Positions 1 through 8,964 of a stretch of DNA of 64,000 nucleotides are shown here, in pieces; position 1 is the stretch's first letter, and each line of letters opens with the position of its first letter. The notes under the pieces are model-generated. The model ran no database searches and was not told where the DNA came from. It worked only from the letters and a program-made list of their open reading frames with translations. The DNA is from a virus, in the IMG/VR virus record IMGVR_UViG_3300045988_051365. One strand, given 5' to 3'. Both the position numbers and the translations under genes were made by a program.

Positions 1-1951
1 TCTTCCTTAGCCAATTGAAGAACTTAATTGCAGACAACTTGAAACACATAGAACCAGCATGTTGTATCGGATAGTTAATAGATTGCTTCATGGAATCAGA
101 TAACCTTCTTCTCAAATGCTGTGAGCTTGTCTTATAATAATTGTCCCCATTACGCCCTAGCATATACTTAGCTTCAGGAGACCCAAGTTCACTGTCGATT
201 TTACACAGATTGTCCCAGTCATATATAAATGCCTTATGCTTAGTAATAGGATTAAGAAGGATATATCCCTTATCAAGGACATCTTCTCTCCTAAACTCCT
301 GATATCTCTTTAGTCCAGAGAAACCAGACATATAGTTATTATATACTTCTTGAGCTCTTGCCTTAGTAAGACCATAATTCTTCATTAAAGTGTTCCAATC
401 TCCACCATAATTAAAACAAAATTCATACCCTTTAGCAGCATCTCTAAGAGGTTTATATTTAGCTTTAACTTCAGATAGTGGAGTGTCATCGGGGATGTCT
501 GTAAATACTATTCTGGCAGTTAGACTGTGTAAGTCACCACTACCATAGATAAGCTCTTCCAACATCGCCTTATCATTGGCAATAGATGCCATTAAGAAAG
601 ACTCCTGTCCTTTATAATCACAACTAATCCATTTATACCCAGTATCAGAAATGAAACACGACCTAGTAAATGGGTCATGCGGCAAATTCATTAAAGACGG
701 GTTAGTAGCGGATAACCGCCCAGTATCAGCTCCTAATTGAAAATAGTCTGGATGAATCCTACCACTTACTGGATTAATTTTATCTATGAACTTCTGTCCA
801 AAGGTATCAACTAGAATTTTAGCCTTCTTATATTCTACATAAAGAGGAACTATACTACACTTATGTGCTTGTGGCTTTATCAACTTAATATCAGCAGATT
901 TCTTCTTCTGCTTAGTTTTAGCATCAATGGTAGTACAATTAAGTCCCAACATTTCAAATAGTGGAACTACTTGTTGACTACTAGACCAGTTAATGTTACA
1001 CTTAGCTGAAGCATCAAATCCACTGAACAAATCGCCTTGTAGATTCTTGGTAACATATGGGAAAGGTTTGTCATATTCATAGTGAATTAATCCGGTTTGC
1101 GGATTACAAACTCTCTTTATTTGTCCCATATGAGGGCCTACTTTGTCAAATAGTTGATTCTCATGCATAATGTCCACTTCCTCTGTGCAGGCTTTAATAT
1201 AGCCTTCAGAAGATTTATGTTCATTATAATAATTTTCAACCCACTCGTTAAGCTTAGCTTCTGCTTTATTAACTTCCTCCTTATCTCGAATCATTTTCTG
1301 CTTCCATTTTACTGGGTCAAGTTTAGCTCCACAATATTCCATATAGGCAATTACTGGGGTAAACTTCATTTCAAATTCGGCAGCTTTAGTTAATTCCTTC
1401 TTCTCTAATTCTGCATCTTGCTTCTCTTTAATCTTAGTAAGATACATAACATCACCAGCAGCATATTGTACCACTGGTATGGTTAATCCTTGAGTGATAA
1501 TCTGCCCTCGAACAGTTTTATCAATATCTATACCAAGATAGTTATCAGCTGCCGCTTTTAAAGAAAGACTATGAAACTGGGGAGGATAGCCAAGATAGAG
1601 TAACTTCTCAGCAATCATTCCATCCCATACATTATAAGGAACTATTTTATGGTGATATAAAAACCTTAAATCAAATGCAATATTCCAACCTAAGAAAGTC
1701 TTAGTAGGGTCTTCAAGGACACATTTAAGCTTCTCAATTGGAATAGTTACATTGTCAACAACTATTTGGTCTTCCCCTAAACCATACTGAGTACACAGTA
1801 ATGGTTTTGTATAGGGGTCTAAACCAGCAGTTTCTGAATCATATTCTACCCAACTATGTGGCATAATCATGTCTATAGCATCAGATAGAGATAATTCCTT
1901 ATAAGCGTCAGTTTCAAATAGTGACCTTTGATTACTGACTAGATATATCAT
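1..1951 (-). CDS. Family A (PolA-type) DNA polymerase with N-terminal 3'-5' proofreading exonuclease. The C-terminus runs off the window start. Possible DpoZ-type enzyme.
   Basis: There are no stops in the minus frame from 1951 down to 1. My own translation starts MIYLVSNQ... It shows Exo I (EYDSETAGLD), Exo II (GWNIAFDL) and Exo III (YAAGDV) motifs. It also shows the PolA motifs RLSATNPSLMNLP (motif A region), YKPLRDAAKGYEFCFNYGG (motif B) and NYPIQHAGS. The ATG at 1951-1949 overlaps the TGA of the upstream ORF (ATGA). Confidence 0.85.
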   Translation of the reverse strand, partial: MIYLVSNQRSLFETDAYKELSLSDAIDMIMPHSWVEYDSETAGLDPYTKPLLCTQYGLGEDQIVVDNVTIPIEKLKCVLEDPTKTFLGWNIAFDLRFLYHHKIVPYNVWDGMIAEKLLYLGYPPQFHSLSLKAAADNYLGIDIDKTVRGQIITQGLTIPVVQYAAGDVMYLTKIKEKQDAELEKKELTKAAEFEMKFTPVIAYMEYCGAKLDPVKWKQKMIRDKEEVNKAEAKLNEWVENYYNEHKSSEGYIKACTEEVDIMHENQLFDKVGPHMGQIKRVCNPQTGLIHYEYDKPFPYVTKNLQGDLFSGFDASAKCNINWSSSQQVVPLFEMLGLNCTTIDAKTKQKKKSADIKLIKPQAHKCSIVPLYVEYKKAKILVDTFGQKFIDKINPVSGRIHPDYFQLGADTGRLSATNPSLMNLPHDPFTRSCFISDTGYKWISCDYKGQESFLMASIANDKAMLEELIYGSGDLHSLTARIVFTDIPDDTPLSEVKAKYKPLRDAAKGYEFCFNYGGDWNTLMKNYGLTKARAQEVYNNYMSGFSGLKRYQEFRREDVLDKGYILLNPITKHKAFIYDWDNLCKIDSELGSPEAKYMLGRNGDNYYKTSSQHLRRRLSDSMKQSINYPIQHAGSMCFKLSAIKFFNWLRK

Positions 1952-2172
1952 GAAACCTCAATATCAACAGTACTAATATCAACATCTCCTAAGCTACTAA
2001 GTGCGGCTTGTATTCTGCTCTTAATAGCTTCTATGGCTTCATCTATATCCAAATGTCCGTAATATTCATACCATGCTAATCCCTTAGCATTTATGTCAAC
2101 TTTGAAGACTTTCTCTTCTACATTATAAGGAGCAAATGGGTCACGTTCTGCTCCAGCTGGTAAATTACTCAT
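1948..2172 (-). CDS. Hypothetical 74-aa protein. Its stop overlaps the polymerase start.
   Basis: ORF in the track. ATGA overlap with the polymerase gene suggests translational coupling. Confidence 0.5.
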   Translation of the reverse strand: MSNLPAGAERDPFAPYNVEEKVFKVDINAKGLAWYEYYGHLDIDEAIEAIKSRIQAALSSLGDVDISTVDIEVS

Positions 2173-2232
2173 TAATTAATAGCTGTTAGAATTAATAATA
2201 AGTAATCTGTCCACAGACCTCGTCACCGAGTC

Positions 2233-2856
2233 TTAATCAGCTGTATCGAAATACAGCAACGTTGGGTTATCTTTCTGTATATCTATAGAATCCAGATTCC
2301 TAATAGCTAGCTGTTGGGCAAACTGATTAGTATCGAACCCTATCGTTATAAGATGATAACCATGTGCAGTTGGAATTACATGTTTAACTTTGATGTCTTG
2401 TGCACCTCTACAACTATTAACAATTTCTATGATTGTGTTAAGATAGTTCTCGTCCTTACTATCAACATCCACAACCCATAGCGGCTTGTAGCCTCTAGCT
2501 CTAGTATGCCCACAAGATGAATCCCAAATGCGATATCCTCGATAGCAGTTGCCTTCTTGGATTAGTTTGGCATACTCTTGTATAGCAGTACATGCCACTT
2601 CTTCAGCATTACGTCTATTCAAGGTAATGTATGCTCTTGCATGATTGCTCTGGCACAATTCAGTAATTTTAGCTCTTTTGCGCTCTAGCTGTTCCCTACT
2701 GAATATATAGTAAGTTTTAACAGTCCTATATCCGTTATTACCAGTATCAGTAACACAGCCGTCTTTCTTGCGTTGTATAATTTGCAAGAAATAGAACTCA
2801 TCTGAATTATTAAATTCCAGAATGTCTAGTATTTGGTCAAAATTATCTATTACCAT
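2233..2856 (-). CDS. Hypothetical protein, 207 aa
   Basis: Long ORF in the collinear minus-strand block. No motif I can name. Confidence 0.5.
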   Translation of the reverse strand: MVIDNFDQILDILEFNNSDEFYFLQIIQRKKDGCVTDTGNNGYRTVKTYYIFSREQLERKRAKITELCQSNHARAYITLNRRNAEEVACTAIQEYAKLIQEGNCYRGYRIWDSSCGHTRARGYKPLWVVDVDSKDENYLNTIIEIVNSCRGAQDIKVKHVIPTAHGYHLITIGFDTNQFAQQLAIRNLDSIDIQKDNPTLLYFDTAD

Positions 2857-3076
2857 TCTTCTCGTCTTTAATTTCGTAATACCTGTCTATGGTAATGAAG
2901 AACAGAGCTAAACAGAAACATTCTGCCATTAAAGCAGGACATGCAAACAGAGCTACAAGCCCAACTATCATTCCTATTAACATCCAAGGTGCTGCCATAG
3001 CAAGCAAATTGCGTATAGTAGAATCATCGAAATTACTTCTTAGCCATTTGTTCATATCGCTTATCCCTTTCTTCAA
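2843..3076 (-). CDS. Small membrane protein. The track start is a TTG, and an internal ATG (MNKW...) is possible.
   Basis: Hydrophobic stretch AMAAPWMLIGMIVGLVALFACPALMAECFCLALFFI, likely two transmembrane helices. Confidence 0.45.
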   Translation of the reverse strand: MKKGISDMNKWLRSNFDDSTIRNLLAMAAPWMLIGMIVGLVALFACPALMAECFCLALFFITIDRYYEIKDEKNGNR

Positions 3077-3340
3077 TTACTGATAATGGTGATACTCCAG
3101 GTTCTAAGGTTTCAATAAGTACAAATCCATTCTCTGGTGTAATCATTGATTCCTTCTCACTTACACTGCCCTTATACTTCTCACCATAATCCCCCCTCTA
3201 CCTTCTTAGTAGCGGGATTGATATCTCCCCAATCTGAATGTCCTCCAATTGGTTCAACATAGTATTTCCTACCAGTCACTAATGATTGATATATAAATCT
3301 ACCAGTGTCATCAGTGTTCTTTAGAAATCGTTTCTCTAAA

Positions 3341-3517
3341 TCAGTCATTTGGAACTACATCTAAATCTGTCAAATAAAATGCATTGTCGTTTAAATCTCT
3401 TTGTACGAAGTATCCGTTAACTTCGACAGTTTCTCCTTTAAGAGTATGTATAGTTACTTCTCTGTCTTGGTCATACTTTTGGAGAATTTCAATCAGTTGT
3501 CCTACAAGTATTGCCAT
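3341..3517 (-). CDS. Small ORF of 58 aa, not in the track. It begins TAATG-overlapped with the Pnkp stop.
   Basis: My own translation is MAILVGQLIEILQKYDQDREVTIHTLKGETVEVNGYFVQRDLNDNAFYLTDLDVVPND. It ends in ATGA overlap with another 55-aa ORF. Confidence 0.3.
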   Translation of the reverse strand: MAILVGQLIEILQKYDQDREVTIHTLKGETVEVNGYFVQRDLNDNAFYLTDLDVVPND

Positions 3518-4443
3518 TAGAACTTACCCTCATTCGGTTGTAGACAAATCAAGCCTTCATTTCTCCACATCTCCACACACTTACAATTGTCTTCAAGTAC
3601 GAAAGGTATATAGAACTTGCCTTTGATATTATCCTCATACAGTTTCTTCTTACATATAGGACCAGCAGTAAAGCTCTTAGCAGGACGCATGAGAAGTATG
3701 TCAGGATGCAACCAATTGTTCTCTAACCACTGTTCCGTAGCTTTACGAACTTCAGGAGTATCCTCTCTACCAGTTAGAATTATTAACTTAGCTGGATAGT
3801 TATCACAGAAATTTCTAATAAGCTCAATGACAGGAGTAATAGGCTCATCAGTAAGCATACCTTCAGCTGCACCTTCTCCGTAGAAGGGACGGCCACTAGT
3901 ATTTAAACATACAGTTGCATCCATATCTACTATGATTGCTGCTGGTAGGTTAGTGTCTTGAACTAGTGTTCTAGCTTTAGCAGCCATGATTTCTTCATGA
4001 ATTATGAAGTCTTTATAGCGTCTCCAGGTCTGCCTAATAACCTTCTCACCTATAGGATGTTCTCTTTTAGCATCACGACGAACACACTCATCTACGGGAA
4101 TCCAGAAATCTTTGTATTCAATTTCATACTTCCAATCGTAGGTATAATTCTCGTTAAAGTCCTTAACCATCTTCTCTAACTCTGCACAAGTCTTAGGATT
4201 AAGGTTCATATTATCAACTACAATATTATAACCTTTCTCCATACTATAAGCTAGTACAGTGTTATAAGTTGCAGTGACAACATTCTCTCTACTAGGAACC
4301 CAATAGTCTCCTAACATGTTACGAATATCGTCATTGTTAAATCTTACTCTATGCTCCGGGTCTTCATGACACCACTGCTTAGCAAAACTAGTTTTGCCAC
4401 TTCCCTGAATTCCTCTACAGATTACTAATACTCTAGTTTCCAT
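3517..4443 (-). CDS. pnkp: Polynucleotide 5'-kinase / 3'-phosphatase, T4 PseT-like
   Basis: N-terminal P-loop CRGIQGSGKTSF. C-terminal HAD phosphatase motif IIVDMDATVC (DxDxT). Length and domain order match T4 Pnk. Confidence 0.85.
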   Translation of the reverse strand: METRVLVICRGIQGSGKTSFAKQWCHEDPEHRVRFNNDDIRNMLGDYWVPSRENVVTATYNTVLAYSMEKGYNIVVDNMNLNPKTCAELEKMVKDFNENYTYDWKYEIEYKDFWIPVDECVRRDAKREHPIGEKVIRQTWRRYKDFIIHEEIMAAKARTLVQDTNLPAAIIVDMDATVCLNTSGRPFYGEGAAEGMLTDEPITPVIELIRNFCDNYPAKLIILTGREDTPEVRKATEQWLENNWLHPDILLMRPAKSFTAGPICKKKLYEDNIKGKFYIPFVLEDNCKCVEMWRNEGLICLQPNEGKF

Positions 4444-4841
4444 TAATCAATATTACATAAAACATCACTAAATCCGCTATAATCTAAGTCAGCTAAAATG
4501 TCTCGTATAAATGATATGTAATCTCTAGTACTTTGTAAATCCCGTATATACTCTTTAGTGGATATTATCTCCTCTATAGATTCGGGATTACCATAACAGA
4601 ATTTCTCGTATTCTGTACGTCTAGTTTCTGCTTTAGTAATGTCAGCATCAATGTCTTGAATTACTGATTCAACATCACTAATAGTGAGTTTAGTATACTT
4701 CTCCTCATTACCAGCATATGCTATATTGAGATTGTCAGAGAATCTCTGATATACCTCGTTAGACCTACTAAATGATTGAAGTAGTAACTTCTCCTCCGGA
4801 TGTGCCCTAGGCACTAAGTAAAATGATAAATAACTACTCAT
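4443..4841 (-). CDS. Hypothetical protein, 132 aa
   Basis: ORF. TAATG overlap with the pnkp start. Confidence 0.5.
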   Translation of the reverse strand: MSSYLSFYLVPRAHPEEKLLLQSFSRSNEVYQRFSDNLNIAYAGNEEKYTKLTISDVESVIQDIDADITKAETRRTEYEKFCYGNPESIEEIISTKEYIRDLQSTRDYISFIRDILADLDYSGFSDVLCNID

Positions 4842-5614
4842 TTCTCGTTAGTTGGCTTAAGCCATAAATTGGTCTTACTAAAGATATAATCTCTAAGTCT
4901 TGGAAGGTAATCAAGATATGTTAAGGTTCTAATGGTATTGCATCTAAAACACTTAATCAGTTCCTCTCTAATTCTCTCCTCTGACACTACTGGCATTTTA
5001 GAATCATAATCATATAACACCATAGCTTGCCAAGTTGTTTGCTCTATTGTGAATCTCTTAGTAACCGCAAACCTAATGGCTCTAAGTATCCTAAGAGGGT
5101 CATCATCGAATGTTGTTACAGGGTCAAGGGGAGTTCTTATCAAAGCATTCTTTATATCATGCTTACCATAAAAGTAATCAATGATTTTTCCAGTATCGGG
5201 GTCTTTAGCCATAGCATTGATAGTGAAATCTCTGCGTGATAAATCATCATACAGATTTCCTGGTTCTACTATAGGAGTCCTAGTACCTGGAACATATCCT
5301 ACTTCCTTTCTAGCCATTACAAAATCTGCTACACCCTGGTACTTGTATCCTCCTGGAAACTTAGCACGTATAGTATAGCAATCTGGAGTTACTAAGAAGA
5401 TTTCAAAGCCTTCTTTCCTCAAATGACTTTCTAACATAGTGAAGACTGCATTAGTAGTATTTGGATAGATTCCGTCCACCAAACATTGTGCTTCCTCTAT
5501 ATTACGCAGTAACTCCTCACTGGGCACAGCAACATAATCAACATCCTTATTGGTAAGACCTAGGAGTTCATCTCTAATCTTACCGCCTACTTCATAAAAT
5601 TTAAAATCTTCCAT
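4838..5614 (-). CDS. cca: tRNA nucleotidyltransferase (CCA-adding family, class II). Short form with head and neck domains only.
   Basis: Motifs GGKIRDELLGLTNKDVDYV (GGxxRD...DxD), RRDFTINAMA and DPLRILRAIRFA. Confidence 0.8.
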   Translation of the reverse strand: MEDFKFYEVGGKIRDELLGLTNKDVDYVAVPSEELLRNIEEAQCLVDGIYPNTTNAVFTMLESHLRKEGFEIFLVTPDCYTIRAKFPGGYKYQGVADFVMARKEVGYVPGTRTPIVEPGNLYDDLSRRDFTINAMAKDPDTGKIIDYFYGKHDIKNALIRTPLDPVTTFDDDPLRILRAIRFAVTKRFTIEQTTWQAMVLYDYDSKMPVVSEERIREELIKCFRCNTIRTLTYLDYLPRLRDYIFSKTNLWLKPTNEK

Positions 5615-5874
5615 TAATAAAAATAATCTGATTCAACTTTCTGAATAATCTTCTCTCTGCTTCCTTTTAGACTATAGCCACTACGTTCGTTGCTACGTTC
5701 GTAACAACTAAAGTATTCTAAAACTTCATGTACTAAAAGATTAAAACTATGATTCTCGAAGTGATGCCCATCCACATCAATAGACCAACCACATCCATCT
5801 AACCACCTATACACATTTAGATGCTTACCATTAACATGATTCGGAAGGTTTGCTAATAGTGACAGATTATCCAT
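5614..5874 (-). CDS. Hypothetical protein, 86 aa
   Basis: ORF in the collinear block. Confidence 0.45.
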   Translation of the reverse strand: MDNLSLLANLPNHVNGKHLNVYRWLDGCGWSIDVDGHHFENHSFNLLVHEVLEYFSCYERSNERSGYSLKGSREKIIQKVESDYFY

Positions 5875-5893
5875 TCTCTAATATTATAACAAT

Positions 5894-6286
5894 TTACCAG
5901 TCATACACACAACCGATTACTTGCTTCTCTTTAACGAACTCATACAACTCATTAATACCTTCATCCCATGTTATATCTGAATATGGCACATAAGAATAGT
6001 CTCCATGTTCTCCGTCTTTAAAATAAGACTTGTCCATATAGTTCATATATTTAACAGTTGAATACCTATCAAAGTAATCATAGCTATCCATGAAAGTAGG
6101 AAGTTCTATCCAAGGAGCTATTGGTAATAAATCATAGACAGTCAGCAGGTCAAGAGCTACCTCCTTAGAGATAGCTCCTTCGTCTGCCTTCTTAAATATT
6201 TCTTTAGCGAACCCAGCCTTGAACTGGTTCAATTTCTCCTTCATCGACTCTAGAGTCCGAATTTCTTTGTCTAAGTCTTCCATCAT
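5894..6286 (-). CDS. Hypothetical protein, 130 aa
   Basis: ORF. Confidence 0.45.
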   Translation of the reverse strand: MMEDLDKEIRTLESMKEKLNQFKAGFAKEIFKKADEGAISKEVALDLLTVYDLLPIAPWIELPTFMDSYDYFDRYSTVKYMNYMDKSYFKDGEHGDYSYVPYSDITWDEGINELYEFVKEKQVIGCVYDW

Positions 6287-6587
6287 ATATTAATATGAGT
6301 TTATCAAATTCTTCATCTGTTCCTTCATAAGGAGTAATTTTATAGTTGTAGTAATCTTCCCACTCGATACTATCAACTACCTGTCTTATAGCTTCTTCAG
6401 TCATGTTATGATATTCATAACCTTCTGTAGTAACTATAAACGAATCTGGAACTATACCAACTGCAATTTCAAAAGCGTACGCATCAGCTGCATTGTTCAT
6501 GTCTTCATCAAACAAGCTCTCTGCGTATGCAGCATATCCACTATATGTTTCGAAATCATTAATGCAAGTTATAATATACCTGTTCAT
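6204..6587 (-). CDS. Hypothetical acidic protein, 127 aa
   Basis: ORF. Overlaps its neighbours in different frames. Confidence 0.45.
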   Translation of the reverse strand: MNRYIITCINDFETYSGYAAYAESLFDEDMNNAADAYAFEIAVGIVPDSFIVTTEGYEYHNMTEEAIRQVVDSIEWEDYYNYKITPYEGTDEEFDKLILIYDGRLRQRNSDSRVDEGEIEPVQGWVR

Positions 6588-7972
6588 TGGTCAGATTCTA
6601 TATCAACTTCACCTTTATCTAATGCTTTAGATTCTGCAAATAAGAATCTATTACATTTTAACTTATATGCCCCAGACAGACCGTCTTCTATACGAATTAC
6701 TATACCTTCATGTGGCACATCATTGTGACACTCCGGAGATAGTTCTTCCATGAAGAAATTCTTGTCCTCGGCTAATCTTTGTATGAAATTCTCATTCCAG
6801 TGTTCAGATACAGATATATCCGGATATAAATCCTTCGCATATCCATAATACAGTTCTGTTACCGGAGTGAGGCCCTTATCTTTACACCATTGTTGCACTT
6901 GTCTAGCACTAAATTCATACACTATTCCGTCAGGATTAGTATAAGTAATACGGTACACTCTGATACCAAAATGCACATTATACTTATATGGAGTAGTTTG
7001 AGTAGTAGGGTCCCATATCGGCATATCGTAACCATAATCATAAGCTTTACCTCCCATTGACTGAATTGCTCCTCCAGTAGGAAGCCAGCCTATAATTTCA
7101 TAATAAAGAGTTAATCCTTTAGTTAAAAATGGCTGTAATACTTTATGAGCTTCTCCCCACACATCACAGCCATAGTAACCCTCACTAACTTCCTTATTAT
7201 AATATTGGTTCTTTACAACCTTTCTAGAGGACCACAGATAGTCGTATGCAGTGTCAGGTACATAGGTAAGCCAGCCAGCCACCTTGTCTTTCCACTTCAA
7301 TTGCCTTTTGCATAACACATCTGCTGATATTCCAGACGTGCCATGAACTTTACTAGTAATACTAATAATGTCGTTTGGCTTAATTATCCATGGACACTTC
7401 TTAATAAGAATAGTATCGTAGTGGAATCTAAACTGATTGTCAACTAACTTGCTCAACCCTTTAGGCTGTTTACCAGTTCTAGTTTTATTGCTGGAGCCAG
7501 AAGTTCTATTCTTTAATACGTACTTCTTACAAATAAACAGGTTTCCTACCCTATCAAATTCAGTGCCGGCATCTATTCCAGTTACAGCTTCGGTATGTCC
7601 AAGAGAGCTTATCCATTTAGTAATGGACTCTATAGACATAATAAATCCTTCTGAAACATGGCCCTGCAACTTAATAATCTTCACTCTTCCGTTATCTTCG
7701 AAATACCCAGGTGCTGCCTCCTTGTCAGCATTCAGCTCAATATGTCTGAACTGGTTATTAGCTGACAAGAAAGAATAGTCAATAGCACATCCTATAGGGA
7801 AATACACATACATTCCAGGTTCTGTATCTTTACTAACCGAAATAGTATATCCGTCTATATGAGCACATTTAAGACGCTCGCACTTAGGGTTTGGGTGTGG
7901 TGTAAAATCGTGGATTTCTACAATCTTAGCACAATAGTTAATATTGATTTTAGGTGATTGATTTAATTGCAT
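6584..7972 (-). CDS. ATP-dependent RNA ligase (Rnl2-like nucleotidyltransferase motif I) with an N-terminal extension
   Basis: KVHGTSG matches the KxHGT lysine-adenylation motif of Rnl2-type RNA ligases. The gene sits beside pnkp and cca. Confidence 0.55.
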   Translation of the reverse strand: MQLNQSPKININYCAKIVEIHDFTPHPNPKCERLKCAHIDGYTISVSKDTEPGMYVYFPIGCAIDYSFLSANNQFRHIELNADKEAAPGYFEDNGRVKIIKLQGHVSEGFIMSIESITKWISSLGHTEAVTGIDAGTEFDRVGNLFICKKYVLKNRTSGSSNKTRTGKQPKGLSKLVDNQFRFHYDTILIKKCPWIIKPNDIISITSKVHGTSGISADVLCKRQLKWKDKVAGWLTYVPDTAYDYLWSSRKVVKNQYYNKEVSEGYYGCDVWGEAHKVLQPFLTKGLTLYYEIIGWLPTGGAIQSMGGKAYDYGYDMPIWDPTTQTTPYKYNVHFGIRVYRITYTNPDGIVYEFSARQVQQWCKDKGLTPVTELYYGYAKDLYPDISVSEHWNENFIQRLAEDKNFFMEELSPECHNDVPHEGIVIRIEDGLSGAYKLKCNRFLFAESKALDKGEVDIESDQ

Positions 7973-7999
7973 TCAAAACTAGTCAATAATTGCTTACAG

Positions 8000-8203
8000 C
8001 TAATCTTCAGCTAGACTCCAATCTTGACTTAAAATGGCATCAGGAAACCACTTAGTAACAACGTAGTACTGGTTAGAACCAGATATAGGAAGACAGATGA
8101 TATTGCCTTCCTTCATTCTGTAACGTCTCTTACTTGAGCTGATAACTGTCATACCTGCTCTCATCATAGATAAAGCTTCTCCAAAGTCAAATGTCTCGTT
8201 CAT
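8000..8203 (-). CDS. Hypothetical protein, 67 aa (TAG stop)
   Basis: ORF. Confidence 0.4.
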   Translation of the reverse strand: MNETFDFGEALSMMRAGMTVISSSKRRYRMKEGNIICLPISGSNQYYVVTKWFPDAILSQDWSLAED

Positions 8204-8220
8204 AATCTTATAAATTAAAA

Positions 8221-8523
8221 TTAAACAATCTTGTAGGATGATTCAACATATTCGTAAAGCTCATCCAATGTGCTTATAATTTCTTTACCCTCTTCGTCAT
8301 AGGCTTTTATATCTGGGTCTCCGGCTTTCTCGTAAACCCACCACATAATCCAGTCTATGCCTTCGTCAGTATAATTCTCCTTAAATATGGCCATAGCTAT
8401 ACATTCAGCATTACTGACTATATCACTGTCAGCAATATCAATTCCCATTTCAGACAATTTGAAACATCTGGAGTTGATAGCTTCCAATGAATTTACTACT
8501 TCTATAAAGTTCCCTTTTACCAT
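8221..8523 (-). CDS. Hypothetical protein, 100 aa
   Basis: ORF. Confidence 0.45.
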   Translation of the reverse strand: MVKGNFIEVVNSLEAINSRCFKLSEMGIDIADSDIVSNAECIAMAIFKENYTDEGIDWIMWWVYEKAGDPDIKAYDEEGKEIISTLDELYEYVESSYKIV

Positions 8524-8714
8524 ATTACACCTTTTAATTGTTCTTGAATTTCATTAATAGTCTTACTGTCATAACCTCTAAGAAGGTCTCTATAGAAATC
8601 AAATACAGTTTCATATAGCTGACTTTTATCCTCCTCTGATAGAGTATTCCCTACCAGAGAAGTCAATAAGTCTGCCACCTTAGCGCTTATAGATATTGAA
8701 GTTTTGTTAATCAC
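8517..8714 (-). CDS. Hypothetical protein, 65 aa
   Basis: ORF. Confidence 0.4.
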   Translation of the reverse strand: MINKTSISISAKVADLLTSLVGNTLSEEDKSQLYETVFDFYRDLLRGYDSKTINEIQEQLKGVIW

Positions 8715-8962
8715 AGATACATCAATGCGTTAGATAGTATTTTAATTAACTCTGCATCAGAGAAATCATCTACATTTAATAGTGTTTCTCTAATAACAAA
8801 GACATCATCATCTGGTTGATAATGCTTCCGCATAATATCAATCACATCATCTTCATTCCTAATTAATGTACTTCTTTTATATGCAACGTCTGATTCGTCG
8901 CGATATTTAAAGAACTCCATTTTAGGTTCGCCTTGCTGCCTATATACTACAATGTAATTCAT
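8711..8962 (-). CDS. Hypothetical protein, 83 aa
   Basis: ORF. Confidence 0.4.
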   Translation of the reverse strand: MNYIVVYRQQGEPKMEFFKYRDESDVAYKRSTLIRNEDDVIDIMRKHYQPDDDVFVIRETLLNVDDFSDAELIKILSNALMYL

Positions 8963-8964
8963 AC

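Noticed and set aside
1154-1393. Plus-strand ORF inside the polymerase gene. The same applies to all other plus-strand ORFs in the track, e.g. 2889..3083, 5027..5239, 9211..9546, 13859..14224, 19098..19352, 26811..27212, 40573..40953, 42559..43074, 49152..50213 and 55956..56854.
   Set aside because: Each lies wholly inside a longer minus-strand gene that has recognisable domains or collinear context. Several are low-complexity translations of the antisense of the flotillin Ala/Glu repeat. No plus-strand ORF has any motif.
7973-8002. Possible TAG read-through joining ORF 8000..8203 (TAG stop) in frame to the RNA-ligase ORF 6584..7972
   Set aside because: The 27-nt in-frame spacer contains TAA and TGA codons as well, so amber suppression would not fuse them. 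The shared frame is coincidental.
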